This document shows, piece by piece, positions 31,813 through 43,593 of a stretch of 64,000 nt of DNA. Source of the DNA: an uncultured archaeon (GTDB lineage: Archaea > Altiarchaeota > Altiarchaeia > IMC4 > SCGC-AAA252-I15). A program made the translations under genes and the position numbers. The DNA lies in NCBI GenBank assembly GCA_902384455.1, contig CABMCB010000018.1:1-64000 (forward strand), in the 5' to 3' direction. Positions within the stretch are counted from its first letter, which is position 1. Every line of letters begins with the position of its first letter. The notes beneath the pieces are model-generated. The model worked only from the letters and a program-made list of their open reading frames with translations. It was not told the DNA's origin and ran no database searches.

Positions 31813-32459
31813 CAGTCGCACAAAACATAGCGCAAATACGCTCGGCCGTAGAAGCGGCCTGCCTGCGAGCAAAAAGAAACCCGAGTGAAGTTCTAATAGA
31901 GGCCGTAATCAAAAACAGAGCCGACGACGAAATAAAGAAGGCAATCGACGCTGGCGTCCGAATCGTAGGAGTAAACCGCATACAAGACGCTGAAACAAAA
32001 TTCCCGCATCTGCCCGCAAACGTTGAGAAACACATCATAGGCCCCATTCAAAGCAACAAAGCAGGGAAGGCCGCCGAGATTGCGGACGTAATCGAAAGCT
32101 TGGATAGGATTAAGATTGCAAAAATACTCAACGACCACGCGCCCCGCACCCTGCCTGTTTATGTGGAAGTGAACGTCGGAAGCGAACCGCAAAAACACGG
32201 AATAAAACCAGAAGAACTCCCGCAATTCCTTACCGATCTCAAACCCCTAACAAACCTGAAAATAATGGGCCTTATGACGGTCGCCCCACTTGGCCCGCCT
32301 GAAAAAACCCGCCCAATCTTTAAGGAACTCCAGCAACTCGCACACGCGCACAACATCACCGGCCTTAGCATGGGAATGACAGACGACTATGTTACCGCAG
32401 TCGAGGAAGGAAGCACGCTTGTAAGAATAGGAAGAGCACTGTTTGACGACAAAAACTGA
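31809..32459 (+). CDS. yggS: YggS-family PLP homeostasis protein
   Basis: AVIK, HIIGPIQSNK, GLMT, LSMGMTDDY..AVEEGST.VRIGRALF. Confidence 0.92.
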   Translation: MTVAQNIAQIRSAVEAACLRAKRNPSEVLIEAVIKNRADDEIKKAIDAGVRIVGVNRIQDAETKFPHLPANVEKHIIGPIQSNKAGKAAEIADVIESLDRIKIAKILNDHAPRTLPVYVEVNVGSEPQKHGIKPEELPQFLTDLKPLTNLKIMGLMTVAPLGPPEKTRPIFKELQQLAHAHNITGLSMGMTDDYVTAVEEGSTLVRIGRALFDDKN

Positions 32460-32511
32460 CGAGTTACTTCTGAGCAGGGGTATTAAGGCACCACGTACGG
32501 GATGATTTACT

Positions 32512-32823
32512 TCAATTCTTTTTCAATTCCTCGAACAGTTGATGTACTAGTTTAGCATAGTCGGCATTAAGCTCAGTATAACTCAGGTCACTTCCGTCTT
32601 TGGGCGATAACGCAAGTTCATGCATTGAACCCATTCCACCCGGAATCGCATTTTTTATCTCCTTTAAAATAGCAGCCCTTTCGTGAGGATTCGACCCCTG
32701 CTCTAGTTTTTCTCTTCTCTCAGATAAGAATTTTTTCCAAAATTGTATTGTCTTATTTTCCTTTCCTTTTTCTAGTAACAACTCGATTTTTTTGATAAGA
32801 GTGACAACTTCTTCTTTTTTCAA
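32512..32823 (-). CDS. Small AT-rich hypothetical protein with GGMGS motif (DUF6966-like)
   Basis: 103-aa helical ORF with GGMGSMHEL; low GC; TTG start. Family assignment from memory only. Confidence 0.55.
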   Translation of the reverse strand: MKKEEVVTLIKKIELLLEKGKENKTIQFWKKFLSERREKLEQGSNPHERAAILKEIKNAIPGGMGSMHELALSPKDGSDLSYTELNADYAKLVHQLFEELKKN

Positions 32824-32871
32824 TTTAATACCGACACTCAGTATTAAAAAGAATTATTAAAAAGCCCCGCT

Positions 32872-32959
32872 TTATTCTTTCCCGAAGAATTTTCTGAACG
32901 CTAGCGACCTTCGGTCGCTGCGCCCACGGACTTCGTCCGTAGGGCATTGGGTTCATGTC
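32872..32959 (-). pseudogene. Duplicated secY 3' end (DMNPM / FRKFFGKE*) interrupted by a 46-nt double hairpin
   Basis: Minus strand reads GAC ATG AAC CCA ATG [46 nt] TTC AGA AAA TTC TTC GGG AAA GAA TAA, the same amino acids as the SecY C-terminus. Confidence 0.8.
32899..32944. repeat. Twin palindromic hairpins with TTC/GAA triloops
   Basis: AGCGACC-TTC-GGTCGCT and CCC-ACGGAC-TTC-GTCCGT-AGGG. Confidence 0.8.
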
Positions 32960-32989
32960 TACGGATTCTTTTAGAAAAAAATTAACTGA

Positions 32990-34375
32990 CTACTCTTTCC
33001 CAAAGAACTTTCGGAACATAGGATTCATATCAGCCATTTGTTCCCGCTGGATGTCTTCGTACATGCGGTATAGTATGCCGACGGTAAGGAGTATTCCTGT
33101 TCCGCTTCCAAGGGCCCCGACGAATTCTGCGAGAGACGCGAGCAATCCGATTGCGACGCTTGAGATGATTGTTATTTGGGGTATGTACCTATCGAGCATT
33201 CTTTTGACTACGCGTTCGTCGCGGCGGAAGCCGGGAATCTGTAGGCCGCCTTGTTGTATTTGTTTGGCGACTGCTTCTGAGCCTAGGTTTGTGGTTTCAA
33301 CCCAGAATTTTCCGAATAGGATGCAGAGTGCGACGAACACTGCGAGGTAGATTACCATATGGAGGATTATCAGGGGGTCGAATATTCTCATCCATGAGCC
33401 GGGGCTTAGTATTCCGTAGAGGTCTCCTATGGTGACGTATGTCGTGAAGTAGTAGACTATTTTCTGGAACATGGTTAGGCTTGCGTACGATACTCCTTCC
33501 TGGAGTCCTGCGACGTTTGCGAGCATCCTCACGTTCATCAAAAGCGCAGAAGCTAGTATGACTGGGATGTTGCTTACGTAGAAGAATTTTATAGGGAACC
33601 TTCCTCCGACGCCGCGGATTCCTCCGTAAGATAGTGGAATCTCCATCCTCAAGCTTTCGCAGAAGACGACGATCAGGAAGACTATGATTGTGGCGATTAC
33701 GGGGAATATGAGTGCGAACTCGAATTTGCCGCCCATAAGCTGCTCAATGAAGTTTGGGATGTAACCGGGGAAAGTGCCCGCCTCAGTCCTGATGAAGTTC
33801 AATGAGCCGGTTATTATCTGGTGGGACACGCCGCCCGCGATGAACAAGCTTATTCCGCTTCCTATGCCCCATTTGCTGACGACCTCGTCAAGGTACATCA
33901 AAAGAATGCTTCCCAAGGCAATCTGGAATATGGTGAAAAATATAAGAGCCTGACCAGTAACCATCTGAGTGGCATAAACCAAAGCAGCCGCCTCAAAGAA
34001 AGCTACTACTACAGTAAGAATCTTCTGGGCCCCCTGAAACAGCGCCTTGCCTTCCGGCTTACTCAAGTCTATGTCCACCATGTCGGCGCCCACCATCAAC
34101 TGCAAAATAATTGACGCAGTGACTATGGGGCCTATCCCGGCCGACACTATTGAGCCGATTGAGCTTGCGAATATGGTTGTTAGTTGGTCGAATCCGCGGA
34201 TTTTCTCTCGCAAAGTCTCGGGCGACACCCCGTAGGGGTATATTACGCCCATGATGAAGAACAAGAGCAATGCGACGGCAGTCCACTGGAGCTTCTGCTT
34301 GAACGGAACCCGGCCTTCGGGCATCCGCACTTCAGGCAGATACTTTATGAACGGCCTCAGGAACTCCAGGTTCAT
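32990..34375 (-). CDS. secY: Preprotein translocase subunit SecY
   Basis: LPEV, GIGPIVTASIILQL, KWGIGSGISLFIA, IPGFRRD, GSGTGILLTV. Confidence 0.97.
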   Translation of the reverse strand: MNLEFLRPFIKYLPEVRMPEGRVPFKQKLQWTAVALLLFFIMGVIYPYGVSPETLREKIRGFDQLTTIFASSIGSIVSAGIGPIVTASIILQLMVGADMVDIDLSKPEGKALFQGAQKILTVVVAFFEAAALVYATQMVTGQALIFFTIFQIALGSILLMYLDEVVSKWGIGSGISLFIAGGVSHQIITGSLNFIRTEAGTFPGYIPNFIEQLMGGKFEFALIFPVIATIIVFLIVVFCESLRMEIPLSYGGIRGVGGRFPIKFFYVSNIPVILASALLMNVRMLANVAGLQEGVSYASLTMFQKIVYYFTTYVTIGDLYGILSPGSWMRIFDPLIILHMVIYLAVFVALCILFGKFWVETTNLGSEAVAKQIQQGGLQIPGFRRDERVVKRMLDRYIPQITIISSVAIGLLASLAEFVGALGSGTGILLTVGILYRMYEDIQREQMADMNPMFRKFFGKE

Positions 34376-34386
34376 TGTTTGGTTGT

Positions 34387-34863
34387 TTACGATGTTTCTT
34401 CGGCTGAATCCGCTTTTTCAGTCGGAGATAGTACTGTGACGCTGCCGCCTGCGGCCTCCACTTTTTCGACTGCTTTTGCCGAGGCTGCGTTTACTGTCAC
34501 CTCTATTTTTTGGGTGACTGCGCCTGAGCCGAGTAGTTTTCCGTATCCGAGGTCTGTTAGGTTTATGCGGATTTTGTCGCCGGTTTTTTCTGCGTGTTTT
34601 GCGGCGACAAGTAGGGGTATTTGCCGGCATAGGTCGCCGACGTTGATTGCTTCAGTTTCGAATAGTATGTTTGTGTGGCGTTTGAATCCTTTTCCGCCGA
34701 AGTATCCGGGCATGAATTTGCTGACGTGCATCCACTTGTGTTTTTTGCTGCCGGCCATTCCGTGGCCTCCTCTGCTTCCGGCTCCCCGGTGTTTTTGGGT
34801 GTTGCCGTAGCCGCAGCTTCTGGTGCCGCGTTTGCTCTGGTTTTTTCGGTCTTTCTGGGCCAT
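34387..34863 (-). CDS. rpl15: 50S ribosomal protein uL15
   Basis: RGAGSRGGHGMAG, GYGKLLGSG, KVEAAGG. Confidence 0.95.
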   Translation of the reverse strand: MAQKDRKNQSKRGTRSCGYGNTQKHRGAGSRGGHGMAGSKKHKWMHVSKFMPGYFGGKGFKRHTNILFETEAINVGDLCRQIPLLVAAKHAEKTGDKIRINLTDLGYGKLLGSGAVTQKIEVTVNAASAKAVEKVEAAGGSVTVLSPTEKADSAEETS

Positions 34864-35361
34864 TTATAGCATCCTCTCTATGAGTTCGGCTATTTTGGCG
34901 CCTCTGTATCCTAGTGCGCCGCCGATGCTGTAGGGCTTTTTGATTCCGCCTTTGTCGAATCCTTTCTTTGGCGGGTTGAGTCTTATTACGGGTATGATGC
35001 CTTCGACGTCCTTGAATGAGGCTTTGTTTGAGGATAATGCGGCTGCGTAGTCTTTGATTGTCGCGTACTTGGAGTGCGCCTTCATGTAGGCGTCGTCAAG
35101 CGCTTTTCTTCCTGCGGATTTTCCTCGCGTAGACAGGACTTTTTCCACTATGTGGGCGTCCACTTCTCCCCATGTGACGTAGTCGTTGACTTTAATCAGC
35201 ATGCCCCTCGTGGAGTCGTTGTATGGTATGAATGTGGCGTGGTTCTTGTGGTTTAGGTTCATGAGCATGAGGGTATCCTCTATGTCGCCTTTAACATGGA
35301 CGCTGCCGCGGACTCTCACCACCGCAACCATCTTCCCGTTCAATGATTCTCTGGATGACAT
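34864..35361 (-). CDS. rpl30: 50S ribosomal protein uL30
   Basis: AVVRVRG, DYVTWGE, RLNPPKKG, GALGYRG. Confidence 0.95.
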   Translation of the reverse strand: MSSRESLNGKMVAVVRVRGSVHVKGDIEDTLMLMNLNHKNHATFIPYNDSTRGMLIKVNDYVTWGEVDAHIVEKVLSTRGKSAGRKALDDAYMKAHSKYATIKDYAAALSSNKASFKDVEGIIPVIRLNPPKKGFDKGGIKKPYSIGGALGYRGAKIAELIERML

Positions 35362-35363
35362 AC

Positions 35364-36074
35364 TCACTCAGTTGGAACTACCGGTTTTACCTCTCCGACA
35401 ACAACACCCAACTTCTTCTCCTGATCGGAAAGAGTCTTCGGGTTGTTGGTGTTCTTTAGGGCGTCATACACGGCGAAAGCGAAGTTGATGCTAGTGCGGG
35501 TGTGGCCGGAAGTCTGAACGTACACGTCCTTGATTCCGGACAACGCAATAATCTTGCGCGCAATCTCACCCGAAACGATGCCGGTCCCCTTAGGCGCCGG
35601 CTTAAGAATCACGGTGACGCTGCCCGCCTTACCTTCAACAGTAAAAGGAACGCTGTGGTGACCGCCGCACATGCACTCCCAGCTGCCGCACCCACGCTTG
35701 ACTTCAATGAGAGCAAGCTTAGCGCGCTCAATGGAACTGCGGATTGTAGGCCCAGCCTCCTTCCCCTTGGAAGTGCCCACACCCACGTATCCGTCACCGT
35801 TCCCTATTGCCGTAACAATCCTGAACTTAAGCCTGCGCCCGCTGTCCGTAACACGCTGGACGCGGCCGACGTCAAGTATTTCCTCCGACGTTGTGGGAAG
35901 CAGCTTGTCTACGATTTCGACTTCCTTGATTGGTTGCTGGCTTCGTATTACGTCGTGGATGCTTGTTATCTGGCCTGTTCTGACTTGGAGGCCGAGTTTT
36001 GTGCGCGGCTTCCATATTACAGGCTCTTCTCCCGCCCCTTCGCCGGTGGCCCATGGATCTGTTTCGGAGTTCAT
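35364..36074 (-). CDS. rps5: 30S ribosomal protein uS5
   Basis: WKPRTKLG, VQRVTDSGRR, RGCGSWE, PAPKGTG. Confidence 0.96.
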   Translation of the reverse strand: MNSETDPWATGEGAGEEPVIWKPRTKLGLQVRTGQITSIHDVIRSQQPIKEVEIVDKLLPTTSEEILDVGRVQRVTDSGRRLKFRIVTAIGNGDGYVGVGTSKGKEAGPTIRSSIERAKLALIEVKRGCGSWECMCGGHHSVPFTVEGKAGSVTVILKPAPKGTGIVSGEIARKIIALSGIKDVYVQTSGHTRTSINFAFAVYDALKNTNNPKTLSDQEKKLGVVVGEVKPVVPTE

Positions 36075-36601
36075 TCTGCTGATACTGATTTTTGAGTTAG
36101 GATTTTCTCCTTGATTTTAGCGACGTCTTCTGTTAAGTGCGTTTTCCTGTATGCGTCAATTATTTTCCCGCTTGTGCGGTCGTCGGACGGCAGCGCCTCC
36201 TTGTCGTGCGGGACGTTCAGTCCGCCTTCGACTGCGCCTTTTACCACAGCATACAGGCGGTTGCCTTTGATGCTTCGGCTTAAACCCAAGTCGATTATTG
36301 CTTCCTCCACTTGAGCGTTCTTGGCGCGAACCGCAATCAACAACCCCACAAGGTAAGCCGTAGGCGAGTTCACCAGCGCGTTGCTCCAACCCAACTTCCT
36401 TATGTCGTCTGAAGACGCCTGAGCGAGAACAACGTCTCCGGCCCTCTCGTAGTTGATTATTTGAGCGCGAATGTGGTGGCCTGTGCGCCTAATCACCAGC
36501 CGGGGCATTCCTCCCTTGAGGGAATTAAGGCGGTGCTTGTAGTTAGTCCGCCCGCTCCTTGCCCGCCGGTAGCGCACCACGTAAGTAGGTCCAGTTGCCA
36601 T
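36071..36601 (-). CDS. rpl18: 50S ribosomal protein uL18
   Basis: ATGPTY..RR..GRTNY, RLVIRRT, AYLVGLL, KGAVEGGLNVPH. Confidence 0.95.
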   Translation of the reverse strand: MATGPTYVVRYRRARSGRTNYKHRLNSLKGGMPRLVIRRTGHHIRAQIINYERAGDVVLAQASSDDIRKLGWSNALVNSPTAYLVGLLIAVRAKNAQVEEAIIDLGLSRSIKGNRLYAVVKGAVEGGLNVPHDKEALPSDDRTSGKIIDAYRKTHLTEDVAKIKEKILTQKSVSAE

Positions 36602-36606
36602 GTTAA

Positions 36607-37047
36607 TTACTCTTTAGTTCTAGCATGCTGCTCGCGCAAGTGGCGCCTGCTGTGGAACAGGTTCCCCTTAGCCTGCAAATACATGCTGCGATACGTATTA
36701 GCGTCAATTTCCCCTTCAGCCTTCATCTTCCTCAACTCCTCCCTAAGAGCCCGAATCTTCTGCATCCACGCGGACTTAGGCTGCTTGCGCGCCTTCTGCG
36801 TCCCCGTCCTCTTAGCGCTGCCCTTATAACGACCAGACGCCTTCCGCCCAGCCCGCTCTCTAACGCGGCCGCGGCTGATGCTTCTGGCTGGCGCGGCGTA
36901 TATTGAGCCGTCTTTGATGAGAGCTCTGACGTCGTCCCGCGTTATTGCCTCGGAGATTTCATCGAGCTTTTCAACGTCAAACCTAATGCGGTTGACTCCG
37001 GCCTTCAATAACTCTGAAGCGAGACGTTTTTGGCTTGCGAGATTCAT
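36607..37047 (-). CDS. rpl19e: 50S ribosomal protein eL19
   Basis: QKRLASELLK.G..RI, AITRDDVR, WMQKIRALR, AKGNLF. Confidence 0.95.
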   Translation of the reverse strand: MNLASQKRLASELLKAGVNRIRFDVEKLDEISEAITRDDVRALIKDGSIYAAPARSISRGRVRERAGRKASGRYKGSAKRTGTQKARKQPKSAWMQKIRALREELRKMKAEGEIDANTYRSMYLQAKGNLFHSRRHLREQHARTKE

Positions 37048-37802
37048 ACTTCACCTCGTCTGGGATTTAAGACGACGATTTTCTTGGCGTTTGCCGCCTT
37101 GATTATTTCATTGCGTTTTTTGCGGCCGACACTTGCGGCTATGATTGCGCCGTCCTGTTTGGGCTTGAGTTTTGCCAGGTCTTCGGTGGTTTTCACGAGT
37201 ATTGGGACGTAGCCGGCAGGCGTAAGTCCCCGGAATTCTTCTGGCTTCTTGTAGCCGATGGAGGGCATCAGGGGTTTTCCGCGTTTTCCTTCAAGCTGCT
37301 TGCTGTCTATTCCGCGCGGAGTCCTCCATCTTTCCTTCAGCTGCGGCTTCTTCCACAACTCTGGCCCTATGAAGCGCGGCTTCTTCTTTTTGGCGAGATT
37401 GACTTCGGCGAATGTTTCTGCGTCTTTCCCTTCGAATTTGCGAGCGTGAACTTCGACTATTTTCTCTACGGGAGGCTTAAACGGAACCTTGACTTTCTTC
37501 TCCTTCTTTACCGGCTTCTTCTCCTTTGGCTCAGCCTCAGCTTCTGCGGCAACACCTTCGGAAGACTCTTCTTCAACAGACTCTTCTCCCGCTTTTACTG
37601 CTTTTTTCGCCTTCTTCTTTTCAGCGGGCTTCTTGGGCGCCGCCTTCTCCTCATGCTTGTGAACGTGCTCCTCCTTCTTTTCTTCTGCTGGCGCAGGCTC
37701 CGCAGGTTCGGCATGCTTGTGGGCTTCGGCTTTTGAGGCCTCCTTTTTGCCTTCGGTTTTTGCCGATCCCTTGTGGGCGTGCGATTCTTTTTCTTCTGCC
37801 AT
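37044..37802 (-). CDS. rpl32e: 50S ribosomal protein eL32 with a long low-complexity N-terminal extension
   Basis: C-terminal KKPRF..WRTPRGIDSK, PSIGY, SVGRKKR, VLNP. Start at ATG 37802. Confidence 0.9.
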   Translation of the reverse strand: MAEEKESHAHKGSAKTEGKKEASKAEAHKHAEPAEPAPAEEKKEEHVHKHEEKAAPKKPAEKKKAKKAVKAGEESVEEESSEGVAAEAEAEPKEKKPVKKEKKVKVPFKPPVEKIVEVHARKFEGKDAETFAEVNLAKKKKPRFIGPELWKKPQLKERWRTPRGIDSKQLEGKRGKPLMPSIGYKKPEEFRGLTPAGYVPILVKTTEDLAKLKPKQDGAIIAASVGRKKRNEIIKAANAKKIVVLNPRRGEV

Positions 37803-37815
37803 TATCTTTAAACCT

Positions 37816-38364
37816 TTATTTGACTGGCACTCCGTTGCGTTCAATCAGGTATATGCCGTCTTGGAATACCCGGTGGTCTCTGTCGAGGATGCGAGTCGCC
37901 TGCTCTATGTTGGCGGCTGTTTGGCCGACTGATTCCCTGCCGTTTCCTGTGACTGTGAGTATCTGGCCTTTAACTTCTACTTTTGAGTCGCCGATTATTT
38001 TCGCTTTCCGCGGGTTGTGTTCGCCGAGGAAGTTTTCGATTACCAGCTCTTTCCCCTGCGTCTTGATTGTCATGGGGAAGTGGCTGTAGACGAGCTTGAG
38101 TTTGGACGTGTAACCGTCCGTGACGCCGGTAATCAGGCTTTTGATGTGCGATGACACCGTTCCTGCCACAGCCCGCGTGTTCTTTTTGCTTGCCGCAGAC
38201 TTGATTGTGATTTTACCGTCTTTTGACGCGAACTTAAGGCCGGTACCCATGAATGTGCGCGAGACCGTCCCCTTCGGCCCTTTCACCGAGACGGTGTCTC
38301 CCGTGACTGTGACTTCAATGCCCTGCGGGATTTCCACTTCCATTGAAAGCGCGTTGGATGCCAT
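37816..38364 (-). CDS. rpl6: 50S ribosomal protein uL6
   Basis: VKGPKG, VYSHFPM, NFLGE, VGQTAANIEQ, DHRVFQDGIY. Start at ATG 38364. Confidence 0.95.
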   Translation of the reverse strand: MASNALSMEVEIPQGIEVTVTGDTVSVKGPKGTVSRTFMGTGLKFASKDGKITIKSAASKKNTRAVAGTVSSHIKSLITGVTDGYTSKLKLVYSHFPMTIKTQGKELVIENFLGEHNPRKAKIIGDSKVEVKGQILTVTGNGRESVGQTAANIEQATRILDRDHRVFQDGIYLIERNGVPVK

Positions 38365-38369
38365 GTTGT

Positions 38370-38759
38370 TTAGTAGACGTATGCGAGCAGTTTTCCGCCC
38401 AAGTTTTTCTCGCTTGCTTCGCGGTGGCTCATCACGCCGTTGGACGTTGAGACGACGAGCGTACCCACAGCAAAACTTGGCAGGAAGCGTTTCTCCCATT
38501 TGGAAAACTCGGCGGCCTTAACCGGGAAGCGTGGCCGGACTATGCCGCAGTCGTTAATCTTTTTGTTGAGGCGTATTTTGACGCCGCCGCCGTGGTTGTT
38601 TTCGTATGGTTCGGCGGACTCCACGTATCCTTCCTGCGCGAACACACGGAGGATTTCCATAAGAAGCTTGCTTTTCGGCTCTACCGTGAGCTCAGAAGCC
38701 CCGATTCTCTCGTGGTTCTTTATGTCCGCGATGGCGTCGTTAATTATGTCGTGCCTCAT
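38370..38759 (-). CDS. rps8: 30S ribosomal protein uS8
   Basis: INDCG..RPRFPV, WEKRFLP, VSTSNGVMSH, GGKLLAYVY. Confidence 0.95.
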   Translation of the reverse strand: MRHDIINDAIADIKNHERIGASELTVEPKSKLLMEILRVFAQEGYVESAEPYENNHGGGVKIRLNKKINDCGIVRPRFPVKAAEFSKWEKRFLPSFAVGTLVVSTSNGVMSHREASEKNLGGKLLAYVY

Positions 38760-38797
38760 TTTAATCGTAAATTGTTACGAGTAAGTATGAGGACCTG

Positions 38798-39226
38798 CTA
38801 GCGCTGAGGTTTCTCCTTCCTGTGGTGGACTAGCATATCCAAGCTTACGTCGTTGACTTTGATTACTTTGTATCGGACACCTGATAGGTCTCCCATACTG
38901 CGGCCTTTCCTGCCGCCGATTCCTTCTATGGTGACTTCATCGTGCTCTTCGATGAATGTGATGGCTTTGTCTCGGGGGGCGAATGCGGTGCATTGCCTGC
39001 CGTTTTTGATGAGCTGAACCCGCACACACTTGCGGATGGCTGAGTTGGGCTGCTTCGCTTCTATTCCGACCTTCTCAAGGACTATTCCTCTGCCTTGCGG
39101 GGCGCCTTCTAGGGGGTCGTGCTTTTCCTTCAGGTGCAGTATCCGGCGGCTGTAGTCCGCTTTTTTCCAGCGGAGCATGTGCCGGTCGTCCCTCAGTTTT
39201 TTAGCTGCGAATTCTCCGTTACCCAT
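38798..39226 (-). CDS. rps12: 30S ribosomal protein uS12
   Basis: [30 protein letters not shown]. Confidence 0.97.
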   Translation of the reverse strand: MGNGEFAAKKLRDDRHMLRWKKADYSRRILHLKEKHDPLEGAPQGRGIVLEKVGIEAKQPNSAIRKCVRVQLIKNGRQCTAFAPRDKAITFIEEHDEVTIEGIGGRKGRSMGDLSGVRYKVIKVNDVSLDMLVHHRKEKPQR

Positions 39227-39288
39227 TTTTTAGCGTGCAAAAGATAATGTTTTCAGCCTTTAAAAATAAAAGGCCGGTTGTTTTTCCG

Positions 39289-39711
39289 TCAGTACGCTGA
39301 CGTGACGTTTAGTTTTATGTTGTGATGTCTTTCCGCCAGCTCCTTGATGACCTTGAGGCGTATGCCCCCCAACCCCATTATTCGGCCGCGGTCGTGCCTG
39401 CTTAGTTCGACGTTGAACGAACCGTCTGTTTCTTTTGTTATGCGGCGTACGCTTGCGGGTTTGAGTATGTTTCGCATGAATTTTTCCGGGTCGTCCGACG
39501 ATTCGAACACCCATACGGTCCGGTTGAGTTTGGAGCGGACTTTTTCTATTGCGGCTCCGCCTTTGCCGACCGCCAGCCCCAAGTCGCCTTCGCGCACAAG
39601 GAACGTGGTCGTATCCTCTTCTTGAAGGCAGTCTATTGCTTTGACGCCCGTGAGATGCTCAAAAGTCGACAGTAACGCTAAGGCATTAGGATCCAGCCTT
39701 ATGCGGCCCAC
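39289..39711 (-). CDS. nusA: Archaeal NusA (two KH domains)
   Basis: FEHLTGV..IDC, GLAVGKGG, GRIMGLGG; canonical position. Confidence 0.9.
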   Translation of the reverse strand: MGRIRLDPNALALLSTFEHLTGVKAIDCLQEEDTTTFLVREGDLGLAVGKGGAAIEKVRSKLNRTVWVFESSDDPEKFMRNILKPASVRRITKETDGSFNVELSRHDRGRIMGLGGIRLKVIKELAERHHNIKLNVTSAY

Positions 39712-40008
39712 CTACTCCACCTCAGCGAGGTTGAGTCCCCCTGCGTCCAGTACGGCAAGCGCCGACACTGGGTATGGGTTTACGGTCAACCCGCCGAGTT
39801 CGCGCGATGACAGTTGGATGGTCTTTAGTGGGATGCCGGCTAGTCGGCTGTAGTAGGCAAGCGTGTCTTGAACTTCTGTTGGGCAGTTGTTGGATAGTAC
39901 TACAAGCTTGGGTTCGCCTGTAAGAAGTGCTTCAGTTGTCTGCCTGGTTCCGTAGAGGATTTTTCCTGAGCGTACCAGATTCCCTAAGGCTTCTTTGAGT
40001 GTCTTCAT
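39712..40008 (-). CDS. rpl30e: 50S ribosomal protein eL30
   Basis: SGKILYG, LVVLSNNCP, SRELG, PYPVSALAVLDAG. Confidence 0.92.
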   Translation of the reverse strand: MKTLKEALGNLVRSGKILYGTRQTTEALLTGEPKLVVLSNNCPTEVQDTLAYYSRLAGIPLKTIQLSSRELGGLTVNPYPVSALAVLDAGGLNLAEVE

Positions 40009-40011
40009 TTT

Positions 40012-43583
<3,572 letters not shown>

Positions 43584-43593
43584 TTTTTTGGCC

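Noticed and set aside
32872-33040. DGR template/variable repeat pair with a GRA-loop hairpin
   Set aside because: The differences are all silent and include T/C changes rather than being adenine-specific, and there is no reverse transcriptase in the window.
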